64,000 bases of DNA. Source: a bacterium (GTDB taxonomy: Bacteria > CG2-30-53-67 > CG2-30-70-394). Positions 44,414-53,382 of the stretch are shown piece by piece (position 1 is the first letter of the stretch; each line of letters starts with the position of its first letter). Made by a program: the position numbers and the translations under genes. The DNA is taken from the NCBI GenBank assembly GCA_024278555.1, contig JAJRSX010000183.1, positions 4,043-68,042 of the forward strand, read 5' to 3'. A model generated the notes under the pieces. The model was given only the letters and a program-made list of their open reading frames with translations, did no database searches and was not told where the DNA came from.

Positions 44414-45484
44414 TCACGGCCCCGCGAGGAAGCTCGCCGCCGGCCGCCGCAGGCTTCGGGCGCGGGCGGGGGGGCCGTGGCCGACGCGAAAGAGGAGGAC
44501 CATGGCGCTCGCCTCGTCCACCGGGAAGAGGCCGCGAAGCAGCTTCCACGCCTCCTCCAGCCAGCGCCGCTGGCGACCGTCGAAGGCGTCCGGGCCGTGG
44601 CGCAGAAGCCGGCGGATGAAGAGGGTGGCGACGGTCATCGGCTGGAAACGGATCGACTCGGCAGTGGCGGCGAGCCAGATGCGTTCCATCGCCCTCCCCC
44701 CCTTGAGAAAGGTGGTCTCCCCCTCCTGTGGTGACCACAGGAGCCCGATCGCCGGGGCGGAGACGGCCAGACGGGTGGTGGGGAGGGTGAGGCCGCGATA
44801 GGCGCCCAGGCGGTTGAGGGCGGCCATACGCGGCCACGGTCGCACCGCCTTCAGAAAGGGGCCGGCGAAGGGGCCCGCCTCCAGGGTAGGGATCGCCATG
44901 CCGTCGCGGGTCGCCTCCGCCTCGGCGCGGGAGAAGCGCAGCTCCGCCATGAGCGACTCGTGGGCGAGCGGATGGGTGTAGCGGACCCAGTCGGCGAGGC
45001 GGATCACATGGCAAATCTTCGAGAGCGCTGCCTGCTCCGTGAGCCAGGTGAGGGTCGTGTCGGAGGTGGCGGCATCCGCCACCTGGTTCGCCAGCCAGTC
45101 GGCAGGCAACGGCCGCCGGTCGAAGGGCCGCCGGTTCACGCACCGCCCGGGGATCGCCGCGGCGAGCGGCGAGTCAAGAGGCTCTGCGGGCTCGAAGGTC
45201 AGGCGCGCCACCGGCCCCTCCCCCCCCTCGGGCCACCATGCCATCTCGGCGCCAAACCCCCGCGCCCCTGCCTCCAGCTCGACGTTGGCCGCCACGGCGC
45301 CCGCCGAGGCCAGCGCCCCGACTCGGTCTACCTCGAAGAAGTTGTCGCTCCGCTCAGCGTCCAAGAAGAGGTAGAGGCTCTCTCCCTGCCACCGGAACCG
45401 CCACGGCTGCGAGTTGTCCCCCGACGGGGCGCGTATCGCCGCCGCCAGGAGGGCTTGCCGGGTCGCCTCGTCCATTCCCGTCAT
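44414..45484 (-). CDS. nitroreductase-family / SagB-type dehydrogenase-like protein
   Basis: Nitroreductase signature IRAPSGDNSQPWRF. At 356 aa it is about twice the size of a single nitroreductase domain. Its ATG overlaps the ThiF-like gene stop (ATGA). Confidence 0.55.
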   Translation of the reverse strand: MTGMDEATRQALLAAAIRAPSGDNSQPWRFRWQGESLYLFLDAERSDNFFEVDRVGALASAGAVAANVELEAGARGFGAEMAWWPEGGEGPVARLTFEPAEPLDSPLAAAIPGRCVNRRPFDRRPLPADWLANQVADAATSDTTLTWLTEQAALSKICHVIRLADWVRYTHPLAHESLMAELRFSRAEAEATRDGMAIPTLEAGPFAGPFLKAVRPWPRMAALNRLGAYRGLTLPTTRLAVSAPAIGLLWSPQEGETTFLKGGRAMERIWLAATAESIRFQPMTVATLFIRRLLRHGPDAFDGRQRRWLEEAWKLLRGLFPVDEASAMVLLFRVGHGPPARARSLRRPAASFLAGP

Positions 45485-46311
45485 CCGAGTTTCCGACGCA
45501 GGTACCACAGCTTCGCCCGCTGGATCGGGTTGCGGTTGCCCCACGGCATTACCCCCTTCTTGTAGATCCTGCAGTAGGGATCGAACTGGAAGTAGCGGGG
45601 TGCGCAGGGCGGCCGGCCGCGCTTGAGGAGGATTCGGATCGCCTCGGTGGCCGCCATGCCGGCGCACAGGTCTGTGGCCAGCGCCAGCGAAGGCCCCTTG
45701 CCCGAGCGCAGGTCCACGTGGCCGAGGTCCATGTAGGCGAGCTGGGTTGCCCGGGGGGTGAGGCCGAGGGCGAAGCGGAGGCGTTGATCGAACACCTCCT
45801 GCCCATCGTGAATGTCGAAGTAGTCATCGAAGGTGGTCCCGCGGGGGTCAAACACCAGCATGGCGCAAGAGAAGCCGATGGGCCCCGCGGTGATTACGTA
45901 GATGCCACGCTCAGCGGCCTCCCGGAAGAGGAGTCGCCTGGCGTCGAGGGCGAAGAAGTCGAGTCCGTCCACCACCAGATCCACGCCGTCGAGGAAGGCA
46001 TCGATGTTCCCCGCGTGGATCCCCTCGGGAAAGGAGACCACCTCCGACTCCGGGTTGATCTTCGCCACCCACTCCGCCATCACCTCCACCTTCGCCCGTC
46101 CTACCGTATCCACGCTTGCCCCGAATTGGCGGTTGAAGTTCGCCTCCTCGAAGAGGTCGAGGTCGGCAAGGTGGAAGCGGCCGATCCCGAGGCGTGCGAA
46201 GGTGGCGGTGTGGATGCCACCGACCCCACCGAGACCTGGGATCGCGATGCATCGTGTCGCGAGCAATTGCTGCTCCACCTCATCGATCAGGCCACGATTG
46301 CGAGAGTACAC
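45481..46311 (-). CDS. ThiF/MoeB/HesA-family E1-like adenylyltransferase
   Basis: Nucleotide-binding motif IAIPGLGGVGG and E1-like Rossmann fold; 276 aa, no rhodanese or E2 domain. Confidence 0.6.
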   Translation of the reverse strand: MYSRNRGLIDEVEQQLLATRCIAIPGLGGVGGIHTATFARLGIGRFHLADLDLFEEANFNRQFGASVDTVGRAKVEVMAEWVAKINPESEVVSFPEGIHAGNIDAFLDGVDLVVDGLDFFALDARRLLFREAAERGIYVITAGPIGFSCAMLVFDPRGTTFDDYFDIHDGQEVFDQRLRFALGLTPRATQLAYMDLGHVDLRSGKGPSLALATDLCAGMAATEAIRILLKRGRPPCAPRYFQFDPYCRIYKKGVMPWGNRNPIQRAKLWYLRRKLG

Positions 46312-46393
46312 GGGCGGTCCGGGGTGGCGGGGGTGTTGCCTGGAGGCTCCCAGGGGAGGAGGGGAGAGGCTACGGCAAGAGGTCGATGATCAC

Positions 46394-46582
46394 TAGGAGC
46401 CTGTCGGACTTATGCACGATCTACTGCGGAAAAGCCGATCTCGGCCCGGATCGCGCCCCGCTCTTCGTTGCATCGAATCGCGGGCAGGAGCCCGCTCCTA
46501 CCGCTCCTCGAACGGGTCGCAATCCGGACTCGAGTCCGCTTTCCGTCGTGACGATCGCATAAGTCCGACAGACTCCTAGATC
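46394..46582 (+). mobile_element. MITE-like repeat copy C (best preserved, 22-bp TIRs CTAGGAG[C/T]CTGTCGGACTTATGC)
   Basis: The left end is CTAGGAGCCTGTCGGACTTATGCACGATCTACTGCGG... The right end ...CGCATAAGTCCGACAGACTCCTAGATC is its inverted complement. Confidence 0.75.
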
Positions 46583-46590
46583 GGCAACGT

Positions 46591-47895
46591 CTAGGAATCA
46601 ACCGCCAGCCGGTAGTACGCCTTCTGGTAATCGACACGGGTGGGGCGGAGTTCCATGGCGCGGCGGTACTCGCGCATCGCCGCGGCACGGTCTCCTTGAA
46701 GCTCGTAACACTTCCCGAGCCAGTAGGCGGCGCTGCCACTTTTCGGCTTGCCTGCGACCCGGCCTTCGGCGATCCGCAGGGCACGCCGCAGGTGGATCTC
46801 GGAGCTTTTCGCATTTCCGAGCTGTCGGTAGCTCCGTGCCAGGGAGAGGTTGGCGGAGACGCTCTCGCGCCCCCGTTCTCGCTTTTTCGCGATGCGTTTG
46901 AGGTCGAGGGTGATCGCCTGGACGAGGTACTTGCGGGCCACCTCTTTGTCGCCCAGGTGGCTGTAACAGTTGGCGAGCTTCCGGAGGATGGAGCACCGAT
47001 CCGGCTCCTGGTCATGGACCCGGCCGTAAAGATCGGCCGCCGTTTCCCACCGCTGGTAGCGCTCGTAGCGTCCGGCGAACTTCTCGAAGCCGTTGCTGAT
47101 TCGGTTGTCGATTCGTGCCCGGCCCTGGGGGGTGGCGTACGAGCCGTAGGTGGAGGCAGCGGCGAGAAGCGCCACCACCGCCACCGCGCCGGCGAGACGG
47201 GCGGTCAGGCCGACGGAGCTCCTCCCGGCACCCCCCTCTGTCTCGGTGGCGGCGTGGCCACGGTGGTCGTGCCAGTAGGTGATGGCCATGAGGGCGAGGG
47301 CGCACGAGATCAGCACCTCGGCGAGCTCTGCCTCGTTGAAGTGGAGGGGGCCGAGCTCGAGGACCGCCGCGGTGACGAAGAAGGGCCACAGGTGCGGGTG
47401 CGGCGGTGCCACCCCCAGGCGGTCAAGCCAGGCCGCCGGCGGGAATCGTAGGCGCACGGCAAAGGGGTAGATGGCGCCGTAGAGGACCATCCCGGCCGCC
47501 ATCAGGTACTCGATGGCCTGTTTGAGCGGGGTCGCGATGGGACCGGTGAAAAGGTTGTGGAGGTTGGCCTCGTGCTGGAGGTTGTGTTCCTGGAGCAGGG
47601 TGGGGGTGGCGAAGGAGAAGATGCGCTGGCCCCAGGAGATCTCCTCTCCCGAGACGTAGAAGAGAGACACGGCGAGGAGGGCGAAGTACCACCGGTAGGG
47701 GGAGCGCACCCGGGCGAGTCGGAGGGCGAAGAGGAAGGCGGTGGCGAAGAACCAGAACTGTGCCCACTCGCCGACGAGATCCTCGTAGGTCGCCCACAGG
47801 TAGGCGATCGTGAAGTAGGCCGCGAGGACCCCGTACAGGGTGACGATCGCGGCAAAGAGGAGGTAGACGAAGAGGACGGAGCTGCGTCGATTCAT
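46591..47895 (-). CDS. integral membrane protein with C-terminal TPR repeats
   Basis: About 8 predicted TM helices, followed by a TPR-like region (LANCYSHLGDKEVARKYLVQAITLD ... LGKCYELQGDRAAAMREYRRAMEL). Confidence 0.5.
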   Translation of the reverse strand: MNRRSSVLFVYLLFAAIVTLYGVLAAYFTIAYLWATYEDLVGEWAQFWFFATAFLFALRLARVRSPYRWYFALLAVSLFYVSGEEISWGQRIFSFATPTLLQEHNLQHEANLHNLFTGPIATPLKQAIEYLMAAGMVLYGAIYPFAVRLRFPPAAWLDRLGVAPPHPHLWPFFVTAAVLELGPLHFNEAELAEVLISCALALMAITYWHDHRGHAATETEGGAGRSSVGLTARLAGAVAVVALLAAASTYGSYATPQGRARIDNRISNGFEKFAGRYERYQRWETAADLYGRVHDQEPDRCSILRKLANCYSHLGDKEVARKYLVQAITLDLKRIAKKRERGRESVSANLSLARSYRQLGNAKSSEIHLRRALRIAEGRVAGKPKSGSAAYWLGKCYELQGDRAAAMREYRRAMELRPTRVDYQKAYYRLAVDS

Positions 47896-48012
47896 GGCGA
47901 GGCTCGTGTCGGTGGGCGTACCGCCATTGCACCACGGGTGCCGCGGGTGGCGGAACCCGCTGATCGAAGATCAATCGCCGTGGGCTTTTGCCGGCAGGCT
48001 GCAATCCAGGCC

Positions 48013-48044
48013 GAAAAAAAAGAGGCCCGCCGGAGCGGGCCTCT
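48013..48044 (-). terminator. rho-independent terminator (hairpin + U8 on minus strand) downstream of the giant repeat protein gene
   Basis: The minus strand reads GAGGCCCGC-tccgg-CGGGCCTC followed by TTTTTTTT. A second GC hairpin lies at 48057-48085. Confidence 0.65.
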
Positions 48045-48106
48045 GAAGGGTGCGAAGGAGGCGGGGCAACGTACGCCCCGCCTCCTTGGTGTGATCTCCC
48101 CGGCGG

Positions 48107-51100
48107 CTACTTCACCGGGCAGAGGGGACCACCGTTACGGCTGTCGCCATCGACGACCTCGAAGTCACCGCGCACCAGTCCCGGGCCGATCGGCTGGGAA
48201 CAGCTCGTGTGGATCTTGGCGTGGAACTTTCCCTCCACGTAGATCTTGATCTCGGTGCCGAGGGTGCCCTTCTTGTCGTTCCCCACCAGGTTGATCAGGT
48301 CGCCCGGGACAACCGTGTCCTGGAAGACGCGGCTCCCCTTCTTCTGCTGCACCTCGACAAACGCCGCGGTGGCGCCGTTGTAGCGCAGGGTCAGGTTGGT
48401 CACCCTGCCGTCGCAGCCGCAGGCGGCCGGCGGAGTGGACGGCGGCTCAGGCATGGCGACATCTTCGGAGTCGCTGTCGCCGTCGCCGTTCGAATCCTCG
48501 CCGGAATCACTGTCCGAATCGGGGCAACCGGAGAGGGCCGCCTCGGAGTCGCTGTCGCCGTCGCCGTTGGTGTCGATCCCGGAGTCGCTGTCCGAGTCCC
48601 CCGCGCTGCTCGTACCGCAGGGCGAGTCCACCGGGCAGAGGAGCGAGAACTCACGGCTCGCACCGTCGACCACCTCGAAGTCACCACGGATCAGCCCCGG
48701 CCCGATGGGCTGCGAGCAGCTCGTGTGGATCTTCGTCTGCAGCTCACCGTTGACGTAGACCTTGATCTCCGTCCCCAGAGTGCCCTTCTTGTCGGTGCCG
48801 GTGAAGGAGAAGCTCATATTCGGATCGACATCCCCCTCGAAGACGACCGTGTGGTCCTTTTTCTCCTCCACGCGGATCGCCGCGGTGGCGCTACCGAGGT
48901 AGCGCAGGGTGAGGGAGGTCACCTTGCCCTCACAGCCACAGGGCTCTTCGGGCGGAGTCTGCTGGCAGGTGACCGTGGCCGTGTCCGTCGCCTCACACAC
49001 GGCACCGGTGGCCAAAGAGCCGGTCGCCGTTACCGTGTTGGTGGTGTCGGCGCAGACGGAGGCTACCTTCGAGACCGTCTGGCTCTCGCCGGTCGCCAGC
49101 ACCGGGATGGTGGCGACAACGCCCAGCTTGTCATCGACCACCTGCACGTTCGCCACCGGCGGCCCATTATTGGTCACCACGTAGGTGTAGGTGACGTTGT
49201 CGCCGGTGCAGGCGGGGGCCGGCGGAGGTGTCCCGCCGGTCGCTTCCGAGTCGGAGTCACCATCGCCATTGGTGTCGATGCCGGAGTCGCTGTCCGAGTC
49301 GCCGGGGAGTGCCTCGGAGTCGCTGTCGCCGTCACCGTTGCGGTCGATGCCGGAGTCGCTGTCCGAATCGCCCGGGAGGGCTTCCGAGTCGCTATCGCCG
49401 TCACCGTCGCGGTCGATGCCGGAGTCGCTGTCGCTGTCGGCCGTGCTGCCGGAGACATCCATAGCGCACAGCTTGCCGCCCTCCTTGCTCGATCCGTCGA
49501 CCACTTCGAAATCGCCACTTACCAGCCCCGGACCGATGGGCTGCGAGCAGCTCGTGTGGATCTTCGTGTGCAGCGCGCCGTTGACGTAGATCTGGATCTC
49601 CGTGCCGAGGGTCCAGTGCTTGTCGGTGCCGATGAAGGAGAAGATCTCTCCCGGTGCCACCGTACCGCTGAAGACCACGTCACCATCCTTTTTCTGCTGG
49701 ACCGCGACAAAGGCCGGGTCGCTGCCGTTGTAGCGCAGGCTCAGCTCGGTCACCTTGCCCTCGCAGCCACACTCGGCCGGCGGCGGGGGGGGAGTCGTGC
49801 AGTCAACGACCTCGGGAGAGGCGGTCTTCACCACCGTCAGATCACACGTCTCGATGGTACAGGTCGCCGAGCAGCCGTCACCGTTGATCGTGTTGCCGTC
49901 GTCGCACTCCTCGCCCACGTCGAGGATCCCGTCGCCGCAGGTGGGGTTCATGCAGTTGGCCTGGCAGCCGTCGCCATCGATATTGTTGCCGTCGTCGCAC
50001 TGCTCGGGCGGAGTGAGGATGCCGTCGCCGCAGAACTCGTTGCCGCAGTTGGCGTTACAACCGTCGCCGTTGACGTTGTTGCCGTCATCACACTGCTCAC
50101 CCGGGTCGAGGATTCCGTCACCACAGGCGGGAAGCCTGCAATCGGCCTGGCAGCCGTCACCGCTGATGTTGTTGCCGTCGTCGCACTGCTCGCCCGTGTC
50201 GAGGATGCCGTCACCGCAGAAGGGCAGGGAGCAATCGGCCTGGCAGCCGTCGCCGCTGATGTTGTTGCCGTCGTCGCATTGCTCGCCGGCATCGACGATG
50301 CCGTCGCCGCAGACGGGCAGGGCGCAGTTGGCCTGGCAGCCATCGCCGTTGATGTTGTTGCCGTCATCGCACTGCTCGCCGGCATCGGGGATCCCATCGC
50401 CGCAGCGCGGGTTCATGCAGTCGGCCTGGCAGCCATCGCCGTTGATGTTGTTGCCGTCGTCACACTGCTCACCGGCATCGAGGATCCCATCGCCGCAGCG
50501 CGGGTTCATGCAATTGGCCTGGCAGCCGTCACCGTCGATGTTGTTGCCGTCGTCGCATTGCTCGGGCGGAGTGAGGATGCCGTCGCCGCAGAACTCGTTA
50601 CCGCAGTTGGCGTTACAGCCGTCGCCACTGATGTTGTTGCCGTCATCGCACTGCTCGCCGGCATCGAGGATCCCATCACCGCAGATGGGATACATGCAAT
50701 TGGCCTGGCAGCCGTCACCGTCGATGTTGTTGCCGTCATCGCACTGCTCACCCGGGTCGAGATAACCATCGCCACAACGGGCGACCGTACAGTCGCTGTG
50801 ACAGCCATCGGTCTCGACCAAGTTGCCGTCATCGCACTCCTCGCCGGGATCGACGATCCCGTCACCGCAGACCGGCACGGTGCAGTCATTTCGGCAACCG
50901 TCCGTATTGTCCATATTGCCGTCATCGCACTGCTCGCCGGCGTCGACGATCCCGTCGCCGCAGAAGGGCAAGGTGCAGTCGTTACGGCAGGCGTCAAAAT
51001 TGTCCTGATTTCCGTCGTCGCACTCCTCGCCTGGATCGACGATGCCGTTACCGCAGACAGGAGTAATGATAGGATAAACGATGACCGGATCATTGCTCGA

Positions 51101-51961
51101 GAAATACCATGGAGAGGTTTCGTCGCCACTGTTGAGTACAGCGTCGAAGCCCGCAAAATCATTGTTTTGTTGCAACTCTGATGCCCCGACAAGATCCGTC
51201 AGTACCTGGGGAGTGGTGTCGCCAAGTTCGATCTCGTTCGGGTCATTCAAGCCGGAAAAGGCAAATCCGGTATTGTTCATGATGGCATTGAGTGCCAGTT
51301 GTGCATTGCCCACAAAGGCACCAAATGCGGCGTTAATGGGGACATGGCTATAGGCGAATCCATCGCTCGGATCGTTGTCGGCGCCGGCCCCGCAGCTGAG
51401 CCAAAGGAGGCCGTCTGTTGCCTTGGCAACATCGTCCATGAGGTTGGCTACGGTGATCTCAGCGCCCCGTCCCGGGGCGGTTCCTTTGCCGTTTGTGGGT
51501 ACCGTCCCGTTGAACTCAAAGGGCGTTGCTCCGGGTCCACTATCGTGCCAAATCCGGTACATTTCTCCAGCAGCCAGGTCGAGCTTGCCGAAGGGATCGA
51601 ACGTGGGCTGCCCAAGAGTCAGGTGAGGGTTGAGCCCGGGATTAGCAGAGAATGGATCTGGAGGTCCATCGATTGCGATGACCTTTTGTACAAAGTATCC
51701 GGTAAGCTGATCGGTTGCAGATTTAGTCCACGATGAAACGCCATTGGTGACGATCTCCTGGACATCGAGAATGCCAATAATGTGGTCACCGACCTCGATG
51801 GGAACTCCGGAAAACGGTGCTGAAAACAGGGTGCCATCGGCCTTGTAGAGCACTTCGAAATTCTTGAAAAAAATCTGGTTCGCGGCGTCAGGGACGAGCA
51901 CTTGGGCAGAGACCGGGGTTGAGGTTGCCCCCATAGTCAGAAGAAACAACACGAGCAACAT
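48107..51961 (-). CDS. large secreted repeat protein (~1284 aa): novel N-terminal domain + ~20 Myxococcus cysteine-rich repeats + three ~100-aa modules separated by Asp/Ser-rich Ca-binding-like repeats
   Basis: Signal peptide MLLVLFLLTMGATSTPVSAQ. Myxococcus cysteine-rich repeats of the form CGDGI(L/V)D.GEQCDDGNN..GDGCQA.C. The triplicated module is CGCEGKVT.L.LRY.G...A...V..KKD..VVF.G.V.P...F.F.GTDK.GTLGTEI..YVNG.L.TKIHTSCSQPIGPGL..GDFEVVDG. The SDSDSGID.NGDGDSDSE repeats resemble thrombospondin type 3-like calcium-binding repeats. Confidence 0.75.
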   Translation of the reverse strand: MLLVLFLLTMGATSTPVSAQVLVPDAANQIFFKNFEVLYKADGTLFSAPFSGVPIEVGDHIIGILDVQEIVTNGVSSWTKSATDQLTGYFVQKVIAIDGPPDPFSANPGLNPHLTLGQPTFDPFGKLDLAAGEMYRIWHDSGPGATPFEFNGTVPTNGKGTAPGRGAEITVANLMDDVAKATDGLLWLSCGAGADNDPSDGFAYSHVPINAAFGAFVGNAQLALNAIMNNTGFAFSGLNDPNEIELGDTTPQVLTDLVGASELQQNNDFAGFDAVLNSGDETSPWYFSSNDPVIVYPIITPVCGNGIVDPGEECDDGNQDNFDACRNDCTLPFCGDGIVDAGEQCDDGNMDNTDGCRNDCTVPVCGDGIVDPGEECDDGNLVETDGCHSDCTVARCGDGYLDPGEQCDDGNNIDGDGCQANCMYPICGDGILDAGEQCDDGNNISGDGCNANCGNEFCGDGILTPPEQCDDGNNIDGDGCQANCMNPRCGDGILDAGEQCDDGNNINGDGCQADCMNPRCGDGIPDAGEQCDDGNNINGDGCQANCALPVCGDGIVDAGEQCDDGNNISGDGCQADCSLPFCGDGILDTGEQCDDGNNISGDGCQADCRLPACGDGILDPGEQCDDGNNVNGDGCNANCGNEFCGDGILTPPEQCDDGNNIDGDGCQANCMNPTCGDGILDVGEECDDGNTINGDGCSATCTIETCDLTVVKTASPEVVDCTTPPPPPAECGCEGKVTELSLRYNGSDPAFVAVQQKKDGDVVFSGTVAPGEIFSFIGTDKHWTLGTEIQIYVNGALHTKIHTSCSQPIGPGLVSGDFEVVDGSSKEGGKLCAMDVSGSTADSDSDSGIDRDGDGDSDSEALPGDSDSDSGIDRNGDGDSDSEALPGDSDSDSGIDTNGDGDSDSEATGGTPPPAPACTGDNVTYTYVVTNNGPPVANVQVVDDKLGVVATIPVLATGESQTVSKVASVCADTTNTVTATGSLATGAVCEATDTATVTCQQTPPEEPCGCEGKVTSLTLRYLGSATAAIRVEEKKDHTVVFEGDVDPNMSFSFTGTDKKGTLGTEIKVYVNGELQTKIHTSCSQPIGPGLIRGDFEVVDGASREFSLLCPVDSPCGTSSAGDSDSDSGIDTNGDGDSDSEAALSGCPDSDSDSGEDSNGDGDSDSEDVAMPEPPSTPPAACGCDGRVTNLTLRYNGATAAFVEVQQKKGSRVFQDTVVPGDLINLVGNDKKGTLGTEIKIYVEGKFHAKIHTSCSQPIGPGLVRGDFEVVDGDSRNGGPLCPVK

Positions 51962-52056
51962 GGAGCGGTTCGTTTTCTGGTTGATCCTCACGGTGGATTC
52001 CTTTCTGAAAGGGTACGGCTGGAAGGTGAACGAGAGAAGAGCCGGTACTTGGTTCT

Positions 52057-52182
52057 GGGAGTCTGTCGGACTCGGCCCGGAAGGGCTTCGTAACTCATTG
52101 AAACCATTGCGTTCGTGTTTCAGAATCCAATGATGCACTTTCAATGAAAACAAACCCACATGGAGAAAATCCGACAGATGCT
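52057..52182 (+). mobile_element. MITE-like element copy E (same TIRs GGAGTCTGTCGGAC...ATCCGACAGATGCTC, different low-GC internal sequence)
   Basis: The terminal inverted repeats match the family, but the internal ~100 bp is unrelated and AT-richer. It lies ~100 bp upstream of the giant protein start. Confidence 0.5.
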
Positions 52183-52899
52183 CTCTGAAGTTGAACTCTC
52201 AATGTTCAATGCATGCAAGTTTGATGCCGTGTGCCGCGAGCCCCCCTCTGTCGAGGGCGTTGTGGCGGAGTGAAACCCTGAAAAATTATATAGTTGCAGG
52301 CAGCGCCTTTGGTGCCGTCCGGGTCCATTGAGGGGGGCGCTGTCGCTAATAGATACAGACAGCAGGAGTCGGGTCGCGAGTAAGTTGTAAACGCTGTGGA
52401 CACTTTACCGCCGTGCTATTGCATGGATGATGCTGCATTTCTCGTGTTTACCGCTAGTTATGGGCGCAAAGCAGTTGTTTATTTCTTTGACAGTTCTCCT
52501 CCCGGAGTTTTCTGGATGAGACGGGCGCGGCACATACGGCACACCGAGAAGAGGGCGCCGGAGTCGGTCGAGTCGTGGTGGCGATTGGCGACGATACAAG
52601 AATTGTTGCCGCCGGCCGCCGAGGGTGGTTGCCGAGGGTGGTTGTCGTTCAACCATTGCGAGGCTCAAGATTTGTCACGCCCGGTTTCCCGGAGGTACGC
52701 GATAGTGGAGGATGTCCGGCCCATGGAGGTTTCGCAGATGAGCCACGTGCGGGGGCAGAGGGGGGCTTCGATCCCATCAATGGGCGCGGGGGCTGGCCGT
52801 GTGGCGACCGACGTGTTTTCCGGAGTCGCCGTGCTGCCGCGTCGATCGGCGGAGCCGGAGAGCCGGCGATGGGGGAATGCAATCGCTCCCCAGCTCTTG

Positions 52900-53030
52900 T
52901 CAGGGGGCTTTCGGACCTGGCCCCGATCTACTGCGAAAAGAGGGATTACGGACCCGGTCGCCATCCCGCCCTACGGCGCATGGGCCTCCTGCGTTCCGAG
53001 AAGGGGAGGCAACCCGGACTACGAACCCGT
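52900..53030 (+). repeat. partial/divergent MITE-family copy D
   Basis: ...TTTCGGACCTGGCCCCGATCTACTGCGAAAAGAGGGATTACGGACCCGGTCGCCATCCCGCC... shares the core GATCTACTGCG(G/A)AAAG with the other copies. Confidence 0.45.
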
Positions 53031-53382
53031 TTCACGTCGTGCCGATCGTCAGACCACAGCAGCCTCTTGGGCGAGCCACAGGTTACGGCGCCCAGGGACC
53101 CGGATGTGCCGAGCTGCCGTTCGGAAGGAGATACTGTCGTGCTCGAACGAGGAAAAAGTTCGTGAGGTAGCCGCTACACGGGTGAATGCTCTGGCCGATC
53201 CCCTCTAGATCTGAGATGGCTGCCAGCCGCTCACCATCAACACCCGCCTCATCGCCTATGAGGAGAAGTAGATCGTTCGTGTGTGGATCTTCAGCCGTAG
53301 AGCCATATAACCCAATCCTGCGCGTCCATGAAGCTATCACTATACAGACGATCAGCTGAGTGATAGTGAAGGAGAACAAGGT

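Noticed and set aside
48209-51181. 990-aa plus-strand ORF and several 100-330-aa ORFs (49755..50765, 50506..51192) inside the giant repeat gene
   Set aside because: They are antisense or off-frame echoes of the Cys-rich repeats (translating to Ala/Val/Ser-rich periodic nonsense). The minus frame has a signal peptide and coherent repeat domains.
52396-53208. 270-aa plus ORF and the overlapping 52405..52668 / 52665..52964 minus ORFs in the 1.2-kb gap upstream of the GMC oxidoreductase
   Set aside because: No domain signal, and Arg/Pro/Ser-rich composition. The region contains MITE copy D and a tandem GAGGGTGGTTGC duplication, and looks like non-coding island-junction DNA.
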